Shown here piece by piece: positions 47,698 through 55,787 of a stretch of 64,000 bases of DNA. Made by a program: the position numbers and the translations under genes. Below the pieces are notes generated by a model. The model ran no database searches, was not told the DNA's origin, and saw nothing but the letters and a program-made list of their open reading frames with translations. Within the stretch, counting starts at the first letter, position 1, and each line of letters starts with the position of its first letter. The DNA is from a bacterium (GTDB lineage: Bacteria > RBG-13-66-14 > B26-G2 > WVWN01): the NCBI GenBank assembly GCA_035529855.1, contig DATKVX010000042.1, positions 8,653-72,652 on the forward strand, in the 5' to 3' direction.

Positions 47698-48222
47698 GTG
47701 ATCGAGGAAAGACTTAAAAGCCACATCCGGGACGTCCCCGACTGGCCTAAAGAAGGAATCATATTTAAGGACATTACGACGTTGCTGCGCGAACCGGAGG
47801 CTTTCAAACTTGCCGTAAACGCCTTGGCCGAAAGGTATCGCGACCGCGGCGTCGACTACGTGGCGTCGGTAGAAGCCAGGGGGTTTATCCTGGGCGCCCC
47901 CGTAGCGTACCTTCTGGGCGCGGGCTTCGTTCCCATCCGCAAACCCGGTAAATTGCCCTGCGACACCCGGCGCGAGGAGTACGAACTGGAATACGGCACC
48001 GACGCCGTGGAAGTGCACGCTGACGCGTTCGACGCCGGCGACAGGGTCCTGGTTTGCGACGACCTCCTGGCTACCGGCGGTACGGCTCTCGCCACCGCGA
48101 GACTCGTGGAATCGTGTAATGCGACGGTGGAAGCTTTCGTATTCTTGGTCGAACTAGACTTCTTATCGGGTCGGGATAAGCTCCGCGACTACGAAGTATT
48201 TTCCATAATCCATTACGGCTAA
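47698..48222 (+). CDS. apt: Adenine phosphoribosyltransferase.
   Basis: PRPP-binding motif [13 protein letters not shown]; 174 aa. Confidence 0.9.
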   Translation: MIEERLKSHIRDVPDWPKEGIIFKDITTLLREPEAFKLAVNALAERYRDRGVDYVASVEARGFILGAPVAYLLGAGFVPIRKPGKLPCDTRREEYELEYGTDAVEVHADAFDAGDRVLVCDDLLATGGTALATARLVESCNATVEAFVFLVELDFLSGRDKLRDYEVFSIIHYG

Positions 48223-48277
48223 CCTAGTATGCCATATTGCACGGAACGCTTTATTATGTTATAAGTTAACTTTGGAA

Positions 48278-48351
48278 GCGCCCGTAGCTCAGTCGGATAG
48301 AGCGGTGGTTTCCTAAACCACAGGTCGGAGGTTCGAATCCTCTCGGGCGCG
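48278..48351 (+). tRNA. tRNA-Arg (anticodon CCT).
   Basis: Acceptor GCGCCCG/CGGGCGC, D-arm GCTC-AGTCGGATA-GAGC, anticodon stem GTGGT/ACCAC, loop TTCCTAA, T-arm GGAGG-TTCGAAT-CCTCT. Confidence 0.85.
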
Positions 48352-48376
48352 CAGGGATGCCGTCCCCGGAGCTACT

Positions 48377-49870
48377 ATGGAGTATTATTTAAATATCAAC
48401 GGGAATCAGCGCGGCCCGCTAGGCATCGCCGAGTTCCGCGAGCTTGTTAGGGATAAGGCCGTATCGCAGGAAGACTACGTCTGGGAAGCGAAGCAGGGCA
48501 GGTGGATTAAAATAAAATTCCACGCCGAGTTGGCCGCGATCTTCGAACAGGAAGCCGTCGCGGCGTCCGTGGAGGAAGAGGGTTACTTTATCAACGTCGA
48601 GGGCAAGACCGGCGGCCCGTTCCCCAAGGACGCTATAATCAAGGAAATCGAGCGCGGCCGGTTCAAAGGCTCCCATTTCGTTTGGGACGCCGAATCCAAC
48701 CGGTGGTTGAAGGCTTCCGAACACGCCGTATTCGCGGAATTCCTCACCGGAGCCGTACCCCGGAAAGCCGTAAAAAAGTATTACCTCGGTAAGGAGGGTG
48801 CTCGTTTCGGCCCGTTCGAATTCGGCGAAGTCGAAGAAAAGATACTGAACGGCGAGTTTAACCGCGACCACTACGTTTGGGAACCGCAATCGAAGAAGTG
48901 GTTAAAGTTCACGGAAGTAGCCGATTTCGCGGACGTCTTCGCGGATTTAGAAACGCCGGAACCGGAAGTCCCGCCTCCTATGTTCGCCGAAGAACCTTCG
49001 ATTCCGGCGCCGCCGGGGGGCCCGACCGCGCCGCCGGTGGCGACCGCGCCGCCGGAACCCGCCGCGCCGCTGGAGCGCGCGCCGGCGCCGCCCCCGGACC
49101 GCGGCCTCGCACCGCCCCCGGGGCCGAAGCCGCCCCCGCCGCCGGTGGCGACCCGGCCCCTCGTCCCGGCCGGCGAACCGGCGTTATCACCGCCCGAAAG
49201 AAGTATCCCCGAACCCCAAGTGGGGGACCTGGTATCGCTAACCATACCGCCCCCGACCCCGGAGGAAAGACCGGCTCCACCCAAAACCCCGAAAATCTCG
49301 GTCGACGAAGTGGAGTTCAAACAGGTATCCGCGGAGGAAGAAGAGATTACGTTGGGGAAGGGTAAAGGCGTTGAGATCGACCGTACGGTCGTGTTGGATT
49401 TCTCGCGGCCTTCGTTCATCAGGCGCGTAGCGGCGCAACTGGTAGATCTATTTTTTATTAGCCTCTCGTACTTCATCGTCGCCCTCATATTCAGCTTTTT
49501 GGATATGAACCCTTACTTGCCGGGGCCGGACCAATATTATTACCAACAATGGTTTTGGGGTACGATCGCCGGCCTGGGTATCTTCTACTTCCTCGTACGG
49601 GACGCGGGCGGCGCGAGCATCGGCAAGCGCATTATGGGCTTACGGGTCGTCAAAATTAACGACTACGACCGACCGGCCACCGTGGTCCACTCGATAGTCC
49701 GCAATATAACGTTGCTCGTACCTCTCCTAAACATATTAGACGTCGTGTACGCGTTTACGGACCCTAAAGGGCGTAGGGTCGGCGATCGCGCGGCCGGTAC
49801 GGTATTGACCGAATCTCACGAGATAGACTACTTGCGCGAACAACGTACTATTCTCGATGAAGTTTACTAA
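48377..49870 (+). CDS. Three tandem DUF4339 (GYF-like) domains, a Pro-rich linker and an RDD-family C-terminal membrane domain.
   Basis: Three repeats of the pattern YY/YF-x-n-GxxxGPF-x-n-YVWE-x-n-W (res 1-50, 70-120, 130-180); a roughly 100-aa PAPP-rich segment; C-terminal RDD-type TM domain (LVDLFFISLSYF..., RDAGGASIGKRIMGLRVV). Confidence 0.65.
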   Translation: MEYYLNINGNQRGPLGIAEFRELVRDKAVSQEDYVWEAKQGRWIKIKFHAELAAIFEQEAVAASVEEEGYFINVEGKTGGPFPKDAIIKEIERGRFKGSHFVWDAESNRWLKASEHAVFAEFLTGAVPRKAVKKYYLGKEGARFGPFEFGEVEEKILNGEFNRDHYVWEPQSKKWLKFTEVADFADVFADLETPEPEVPPPMFAEEPSIPAPPGGPTAPPVATAPPEPAAPLERAPAPPPDRGLAPPPGPKPPPPPVATRPLVPAGEPALSPPERSIPEPQVGDLVSLTIPPPTPEERPAPPKTPKISVDEVEFKQVSAEEEEITLGKGKGVEIDRTVVLDFSRPSFIRRVAAQLVDLFFISLSYFIVALIFSFLDMNPYLPGPDQYYYQQWFWGTIAGLGIFYFLVRDAGGASIGKRIMGLRVVKINDYDRPATVVHSIVRNITLLVPLLNILDVVYAFTDPKGRRVGDRAAGTVLTESHEIDYLREQRTILDEVY

Positions 49871-50408
49871 TACGGAGGTCCTACTACGGAACCGGAGAGT
49901 ATTCGCCAACGCCCGGGACGCGGCGTTTGCGAATGCCGGTAAGCTAATCGACGAGATCCTAACCTGCTTCGGGGAAAACGGAGCCGAATCGATAGCGCCG
50001 GGCCGGTTAAAAAACCTGTTGACGTCGCTCGTCGACCGCCTTTTCCACGCCCGTTACTTCGCCAGGTTGTCGGCGGGAGGAAATAGCGCGGACCCGCCCC
50101 CGGAAATCGACTACGTGGAGCAAGCGTACATCGACCACGTGGAGACCACCTATTCTTACTCGCGCTCGATTAACCGGTTTTTACGCCACGAGCTGCTTAT
50201 CGACTCCTTCGTGCGAGAACACCCCGACGTCTCGGGGTATTTCAAGGCCTACCTCGAAGAGATACGTAAAAGCGACGCGAACTTGATATACATAAATCTC
50301 CGGAGTTTACGCGAACGTATGCGCGTCTTCGCGCGTTATATGAACCACCCGGCCGCCGTAGGGGCCGGATACGGCAACGATTCCGCCAGCATCGTACGAG
50401 GAGGATAG
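49857..50408 (+). CDS. Hypothetical protein, translationally coupled to the RDD protein (start overlaps its stop).
   Basis: ORF only; no recognisable motif; 183 aa. Confidence 0.35.
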   Translation: MKFTNTEVLLRNRRVFANARDAAFANAGKLIDEILTCFGENGAESIAPGRLKNLLTSLVDRLFHARYFARLSAGGNSADPPPEIDYVEQAYIDHVETTYSYSRSINRFLRHELLIDSFVREHPDVSGYFKAYLEEIRKSDANLIYINLRSLRERMRVFARYMNHPAAVGAGYGNDSASIVRGG

Positions 50409-50882
50409 ATGGCCAGAAACGTTTTCCGAATCCTATGGCTACTCTCGGCGTTGGCCCTGGTCCACCCTTCGCCGGCGCCGGCCAAAACGACCAAACCCGT
50501 AATAGCGGTCTTCAATTTCGAAACCGAAGGCGCTAGCGGATACGTTAGCCCCGTAGTCGCGCATTACCTAATGACGGCGCTGGCCTACTTGGAAAAATAT
50601 AAAGTCGTCGAACCCGGACAAATAGACAAAATCATGGAGGGCTCTGAGATAGGCAAAGGCGAACCGGTGTCGACGGCTATCGCGGCGAAGCTGGGGAAGA
50701 AGCTCGGCGCGATGGTAGCTTGCCGCGGGAAAGTAACCAAAAAAGGCAATAAATATACTATTACGGTCGATTTTATCAGCACGGCTAACGGCGCCGTAAT
50801 ATCCTCCAACAGCGCAAACGTTACGGGCGAAGCAAACCTCTCGAAGGGTATTGACCGTATAGTAGGTCTTACGAAAGATTGA
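50409..50882 (+). CDS. Small secreted protein with an LpoB/CsgG-N/TolB-N-like alpha/beta fold pattern.
   Basis: Signal peptide; KPVIAVFNFETEGASGYVSPVVAHYLMTALAYL...VVEPGQIDKIMEG is the pattern of periplasmic LpoB/CsgG-type domains. ATG directly after the upstream stop. Confidence 0.45.
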   Translation: MARNVFRILWLLSALALVHPSPAPAKTTKPVIAVFNFETEGASGYVSPVVAHYLMTALAYLEKYKVVEPGQIDKIMEGSEIGKGEPVSTAIAAKLGKKLGAMVACRGKVTKKGNKYTITVDFISTANGAVISSNSANVTGEANLSKGIDRIVGLTKD

Positions 50883-51565
50883 GATCGCTCCCGACCAGCC
50901 GAAGTCCTCTCGTAACTGCGGTCGCGGCGGCTTTTTTATTAATCGCGGCCGTCGGCCGCAGCCAAGACAGCGCTCCAGTTTTTACCGCGGCTTTGGACGA
51001 AGCGGTGGGTTTCGCCCGGGCCGGCGACCGCAAGAAAGCGAGCGAGATTTTTCTGAAGATCGCCGCGGAATACCCCGAAGAACCGGCGATCTTGTATAAC
51101 CTCGCTTTGACGTACGAATTCGACGCCGACGGGAATCGCTACCGAGGGGAAAACCTCAACCTGGCCGTTTCGTACTACGAGGAGGCGCTGGCGGCCGACC
51201 CGGATTTCACTCCCGCGCGGTTCAACGTAGCGGTAGTATGGCACAAGCTTGCGTATCTGAGCGAAGCCGCGCGCGAGTACCGTCTTGTCGCGGAAGAGGG
51301 CGGCGCATTAAGCCGCCGTGCGGAATATAATCTGGCTTTGGTTCTAAAGGAAAAGGGCCTTCCCCGAGAGGCCGAGGAAATCCTGGAAAAAGACGAAGGG
51401 GTATACGACGACGTTTCGCGCGTACGATTGTTGGCGCTTCTGGCCGAAGACACCGGCGACGTAGGTCGAGCTATCCGCCTTTGGAAACGGGCGTTGGTAT
51501 TGGACGACGACCCCGTCCTAAACGCGCTGGCCGTGAAGCACCTTCAGGCCCTTCGAGGTTACTGA
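50879..51565 (+). CDS. Secreted tetratricopeptide-repeat protein.
   Basis: Signal peptide; TPR-like helical repeats (AILYNLALTYEFDADGN..., AEYNLALVLKEKG); TTG start overlapping the upstream stop. Confidence 0.6.
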   Translation: MRSLPTSRSPLVTAVAAAFLLIAAVGRSQDSAPVFTAALDEAVGFARAGDRKKASEIFLKIAAEYPEEPAILYNLALTYEFDADGNRYRGENLNLAVSYYEEALAADPDFTPARFNVAVVWHKLAYLSEAAREYRLVAEEGGALSRRAEYNLALVLKEKGLPREAEEILEKDEGVYDDVSRVRLLALLAEDTGDVGRAIRLWKRALVLDDDPVLNALAVKHLQALRGY

Positions 51566-51595
51566 ACGTACGACGAGGAGGTTTTCAAAAAGGTT

Positions 51596-52540
51596 ATGTC
51601 GTCAAAGAAATGGTGGCTGATGGGTGGGGGAGCGGCCCTGTTCGCGCTGCTCACGATAATCGTAGCTTTGGCCTTACTCTGTCGCTTCCTCCCCGAGGTT
51701 AAGGCTTATTCGCCCGTGGGGAAGAAGATCGCGATATTGGATATAAAGGGGTCGATAGTATCTTCGGAAGAGACGATTAAAATAATCCACTCCTACCGGG
51801 ACGACCCTACCATCGCCGCCGTCGTCCTCTACATCGACAGCCCGGGGGGTGGGGTAGCGCCGTCGCAAGAGCTTTATGCGGAATTACTACGGCTTAAAGA
51901 AAAGAACAAAAAAGTTTACGCGTATATGTCTACGCTGGGGGCTTCGGGAGGGTATTACGTCGCTTGCGCTAGCGATAAAATATACGCCGCGCCGGGGACC
52001 CTCACCGGGTCCATCGGCGTCATAATGACCTTCACGAACGTGGAGGGCCTTTTCGGCAAGATAGGGCTCTCGAGCAAGACCATCAAGAGCGGCCGCTACA
52101 AGGATATCGGCTCGCCTTTCCGGCCTATGACGCCCGAAGAAGAAGCCCTGCTCGGCGAAACGGTGGACGACGTCTACCAGCAGTTCCTCGACACGGTAGT
52201 CGACGCGCGGCGTCAAACCATATCCGACAGGCTCGAAGAAGCCGGCGTAAAGAAACCCACGAAATACCGCGTGCGCCGGTACGTCATGGAATACGCGGAC
52301 GGTCGGATTTTCTCGGGCCGGCAAGCGCAAGAGCTGGGGTTTGTAGACGAGTTGGGTAATTTCCAAAAATGCTTGAAAGACGTCGCGCGAGAGATCGGCG
52401 TCAAAGGGCGTCCCACCATCGTGAGGAAAAGGCCCAAGGAGCAATCTCTTTACGAATTACTTTTCGGACGCGTCCGCACCGAGCTTTTAGGGGTGGGCGA
52501 ACCAACTACCCGCGTAGAGTTGAAATATTCTCTCTATTAA
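51596..52540 (+). CDS. sppA: Signal peptide peptidase SppA (36K type).
   Basis: N-terminal TM anchor; the S49 catalytic region YAYMSTLGASGGYYVACASDKIYAAPGTLTGSIGV and the Lys region GRYKD. Confidence 0.85.
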   Translation: MSSKKWWLMGGGAALFALLTIIVALALLCRFLPEVKAYSPVGKKIAILDIKGSIVSSEETIKIIHSYRDDPTIAAVVLYIDSPGGGVAPSQELYAELLRLKEKNKKVYAYMSTLGASGGYYVACASDKIYAAPGTLTGSIGVIMTFTNVEGLFGKIGLSSKTIKSGRYKDIGSPFRPMTPEEEALLGETVDDVYQQFLDTVVDARRQTISDRLEEAGVKKPTKYRVRRYVMEYADGRIFSGRQAQELGFVDELGNFQKCLKDVAREIGVKGRPTIVRKRPKEQSLYELLFGRVRTELLGVGEPTTRVELKYSLY

Positions 52541-52623
52541 AAATAAGAGAGCCGGCCGCCGTCGATGTAGAGGGCCGGCGTTGCTTAACGGACGACTAAA
52601 TCGTCAACCCAGGGAGTCGCGAC

Positions 52624-53595
52624 GTGCGTAAATTAGCCGTAGTATTGTCGAGTTTCGCACTCGTTCTGGCAGTCGGCTGTGCCAAGAAAGCCGAAAAAGC
52701 CCCCGTTTCCAGCGAGAAAGAATTTTACGAAGAGGGAGTTGCCTCCGAGGCCGCGCCCCCTGCGCCCGCGGAAGACTTGAAGCGCAAAAGCAGCGACGGC
52801 GGTACGCTTACCACATCTACCGACGTGCCCGGAACGGAACGGGCGACCGACGTAGGCGACGCTTCGGCCGGCGTACCGGAAGCCAACGCCGCGGACATCG
52901 CGGGCGAATTAAAACTCATTAAAACCGCCGACATTACGTGCGAGGTCGACGACGTAGATAAGGGGTTCGAAGAAGTATACGCCGTAGCCGCGGCCGAGAA
53001 AGCGCTCGTCGTCGGGACCAACCGCGCCGTGGCCGAAGAAGGGTACGTCTTCGGCTCGGTGACGTTAAAGGTGCACCCGTCGAAGTACGACGAAACGGTG
53101 AGGGCTTTGCGGGGAATAGGACGGCTGGTATCGGAGAGTAGCACCACCGAAGACGTCACGCAGGAGTACGTAGACGTCCAGGCACGCCTCGAAAACGCGG
53201 AAGCTACGCGCGGCCGCTACCTCGAGATCCTGGCGAAGCGCACCGGGACCGTACCCGACGTCCTGGAAGTGGAGCGGGAGATAGAACGCGTAACCGAAAA
53301 TATCGAGCGTTTCAAAGGCCAAATCCGCTACTTCGACTCCCAAATAGGGTTGTCGACCATAACAATCCACCTCGAAGAACCGCACGCCGCTGTTCCTACC
53401 GGCTACAGCTTCGGCAAAGCCGTTAAAGACGCTTTCCGCATAGCCATCCGGATTTGTATCTTCCTGGTCCAGGCCGTCATCGTGTTGCTGCCGTTTATAA
53501 TATTACTAATAATATCGGTATTGATAATACGGCTCGTCATTTGGATAATACAACGCCGGAGGCGTAAGGCTAAACAAGCGGCCATAGACGCTTAA
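52624..53595 (+). CDS. DUF4349 domain lipoprotein with a C-terminal TM helix.
   Basis: Lipobox LAVGCAK; coiled-coil central region (YVDVQARLENAEATRGRYLEILAKR); very hydrophobic C-terminal helix. Confidence 0.6.
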   Translation: MRKLAVVLSSFALVLAVGCAKKAEKAPVSSEKEFYEEGVASEAAPPAPAEDLKRKSSDGGTLTTSTDVPGTERATDVGDASAGVPEANAADIAGELKLIKTADITCEVDDVDKGFEEVYAVAAAEKALVVGTNRAVAEEGYVFGSVTLKVHPSKYDETVRALRGIGRLVSESSTTEDVTQEYVDVQARLENAEATRGRYLEILAKRTGTVPDVLEVEREIERVTENIERFKGQIRYFDSQIGLSTITIHLEEPHAAVPTGYSFGKAVKDAFRIAIRICIFLVQAVIVLLPFIILLIISVLIIRLVIWIIQRRRRKAKQAAIDA

Positions 53596-53601
53596 GAGCT
53601 C

Positions 53602-53639
53602 GGTTCCCGCCGCATATTCCTGCCCGGGCGGCGGGAACC
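53602..53639 (+). terminator. Perfect 12-bp stem GGTTCCCGCCGC / GCGGCGGGAACC with a 14-nt loop, between the DUF4349 and HU genes.
   Basis: Inverted repeat read from the sequence; no clear U-tract, so function (terminator or processing site) is uncertain. Confidence 0.35.
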
Positions 53640-53693
53640 TTACCGAATAACGGTCATCGCGGCAACCGCGTTTACCGCGCGGAGGTATAACGA

Positions 53694-54008
53694 ATGACTA
53701 AAGCGGATTTGGCGCGTTCTATAGCGAAAAAACATAACTTAACGCAAAAAGAGGCCGTAAGCGTCGTCGACGCCGTCCTCGAGACGATTACGGACGCGTT
53801 GGCTCACGGCGAGAAAGTCGAACTGCGCGGGTTCGGTTCTTTCGCCGTGAAGAACCGGCCCGCACGTACGGCGCGAAACCCTAAAACGGGCGAAAGCGTT
53901 TACGTAGCGCCCAAAGTTACGCCGGCCTTTAAAACTTCGAAAGCCTTGAAGAAATTGCTCGACGAAGGCCGTAATGAAGAGGAAACCACGCCCGGATGGC
54001 GCCCGTAA
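53694..54008 (+). CDS. HU/IHF-family DNA-binding protein (IHF-beta-like).
   Basis: MTKADLARSIAKKHNLTQKEAVSVVDAVLETI...GFGSFAVKNRPARTARNPKTGE. Confidence 0.85.
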   Translation: MTKADLARSIAKKHNLTQKEAVSVVDAVLETITDALAHGEKVELRGFGSFAVKNRPARTARNPKTGESVYVAPKVTPAFKTSKALKKLLDEGRNEEETTPGWRP

Positions 54009-54029
54009 ATCGGTAAATTGAGGTGAAGA

Positions 54030-54119
54030 ATGGGTTGTCCTAAAAAAAGGAAGCGTAAGAAGATCGCGAAGCATAAACGGAAAAAGAGGTCGCGGGCAAA
54101 CAGACATAAGAAGAAATAA
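54030..54119 (+). CDS. Unannotated 29-codon ORF encoding a highly basic peptide (MGCPKKRKRKKIAKHKRKKRSRANRHKKK); candidate bS22-like small ribosomal protein.
   Basis: AGGTGA Shine-Dalgarno 4 nt upstream of ATG 54030; 62% K/R; compositional and length resemblance to bS22 of Actinobacteria and FCB-group bacteria; directly downstream of the HU gene. Confidence 0.45.
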   Translation: MGCPKKRKRKKIAKHKRKKRSRANRHKKK

Positions 54120-54273
54120 AAGGGGTCGTAAAAGCCGATATGTTATATTAACATAATATATATTATCGGACGTAACATCTGGCCTTTTCGCACCCCCTTT
54201 CATCTACCTTTACCCTTTTAATACCAGTTAGTTAAGAATTATTACTTAATATTTTAATTCCGTATATACTTTG

Positions 54274-54299
54274 AAAGCTCCCTCAAATAGGGAGCTTTT
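54274..54299. terminator. Bidirectional terminator AAAGCTCCCT-caaat-AGGGAGCTTT with flanking A- and T-runs.
   Basis: 10-bp perfect stem abutting the glgA stop codon on the minus strand. Confidence 0.6.
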
Positions 54300-55779
54300 A
54301 ACGTTGCGGCTTCTTCTTAAGCCCTATCTTCTTCTTCTTCGCCATACGGTAAAGTTTCATATACGCCCGCGCCGACCGCTCCCAAGAGAAGTCTTTGGCC
54401 ATCCCGTGCCGTATTATGTTACGCCATCGTCTGGGCCGGCCGTACGCCACCAACGCCCGTTCCAACGCTTCCACCATAGCGCGGCCCGTATACGGCCCGA
54501 ACGCGAAGCCTACGCCCTCCCGTTTATTATAGTCCGCGTCTATTACCGTATCCGCTAACCCCCCCGTACCCCTAACTACGGGTACGGTACCGTAAGCCAT
54601 CGCGATCATCTGGCCCAAACCGCACGGCTCGTAACGCGAAGGCATCAATACCATATCCGAGCCGGCGTATATGCGGTGCGCCATCGCGTCGTCGAATACC
54701 AAGTGCGCCGAGAATTTTTTAGGATGTCGTTTGGCTACTTCTTCGAATAGGCGGTGGTATTTCCGGTCGCCGGTCCCCAGCAAGACGTAGCGGCACGGCA
54801 GCTGTAATATACTATCGATGCCGTCTACCAGGATATCGAAACCCTTTTGGTCGGCGAGGCGTGAAACGATACCGACGAGCGCCTTTTTATTCTCGAAGGT
54901 GAAACCGTTCTCTTTCTCCAGCATCTGCTTACACAGGGTTTTGCCCTTGAGGTTTTCGGCGCGGTAATTAGCGGTTATATGGGGGTCCTTTTTCGGATTC
55001 CAAATCGCGTAATCTATGCCGTTCAATACGCCGTGCAGGTCCGCACGGCGCTGGCGAAGGACGCCGTCCATAACGAAGCCGAATTCGGGTGTTTGGATCT
55101 CTTCGGCGTAACGGTCGCTGACGGTGTTGATAACGTCGGCGTGTACGACCCCGGCCTTGAGGAACGAGAATTGCCCGAAGAATTCCATGTCGTCCATTCC
55201 GAACCGGTTCCAGCTGACGTTGGTGATGGGAAAATATTTTTTATCGAAATTACCCTGATACCCGGTATTATGTATCGTTAACAACGTACCGGTGCCGGCG
55301 AATTCCTCGGCGTAGTGGTCCTTGATATACACCGGAATCAAGCCCGTCTGCCAATCGTGCACGTTTATACAAGCCGGATGCATATTCTCGGCGAGCATAA
55401 GTTCCAGCGCGCCGCGGCATAACAGCGTGAAACGCTCCGCGTTGTCGGGGTAGTCGATCCCCCGTTCCTGGTACAAGCCGTCCCGGTAGAAATAGGGGTC
55501 GTACCCTAAAAAGAACGCCGGTATGTCCGTATCCGGTATGACCGTCGCGTAGACGTTAGTCGTTATCTTATTGGCGCCCACCGGCACTTCTAAACGGCCC
55601 ACCCTCTTCTCACCGAATCCGCCGCGGGCCACCTCTTTGTAGTACGGCATAATGAGCGCCGGTTTAGCGCCCACCTTCGCCAACGCTTTGGGGAGGGAGC
55701 CGGCGACGTCGGCCAAACCGCCGGTTTTCGCGAACGGCACGGCCTCCGAAACGACCAGGACTACTTTTAACTTAGCCAT
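54298..55779 (-). CDS. glgA: Glycogen synthase (ADP-glucose type, GT5).
   Basis: N-terminal KVVLVVSEAVPFAKTGGLADVAGSLPKAL (KTGGL motif); 493 aa. Confidence 0.9.
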   Translation of the reverse strand: MAKLKVVLVVSEAVPFAKTGGLADVAGSLPKALAKVGAKPALIMPYYKEVARGGFGEKRVGRLEVPVGANKITTNVYATVIPDTDIPAFFLGYDPYFYRDGLYQERGIDYPDNAERFTLLCRGALELMLAENMHPACINVHDWQTGLIPVYIKDHYAEEFAGTGTLLTIHNTGYQGNFDKKYFPITNVSWNRFGMDDMEFFGQFSFLKAGVVHADVINTVSDRYAEEIQTPEFGFVMDGVLRQRRADLHGVLNGIDYAIWNPKKDPHITANYRAENLKGKTLCKQMLEKENGFTFENKKALVGIVSRLADQKGFDILVDGIDSILQLPCRYVLLGTGDRKYHRLFEEVAKRHPKKFSAHLVFDDAMAHRIYAGSDMVLMPSRYEPCGLGQMIAMAYGTVPVVRGTGGLADTVIDADYNKREGVGFAFGPYTGRAMVEALERALVAYGRPRRWRNIIRHGMAKDFSWERSARAYMKLYRMAKKKKIGLKKKPQR

Positions 55780-55787
55780 AAAGGACC

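Noticed and set aside
48960-49300. A repetitive proline-codon region (ccg/ccc runs) considered as a possible tandem DNA repeat or CRISPR-like array.
   Set aside because: There are no regular repeat-spacer units; it is in-frame low-complexity coding for the Pro-rich linker of the RDD protein.
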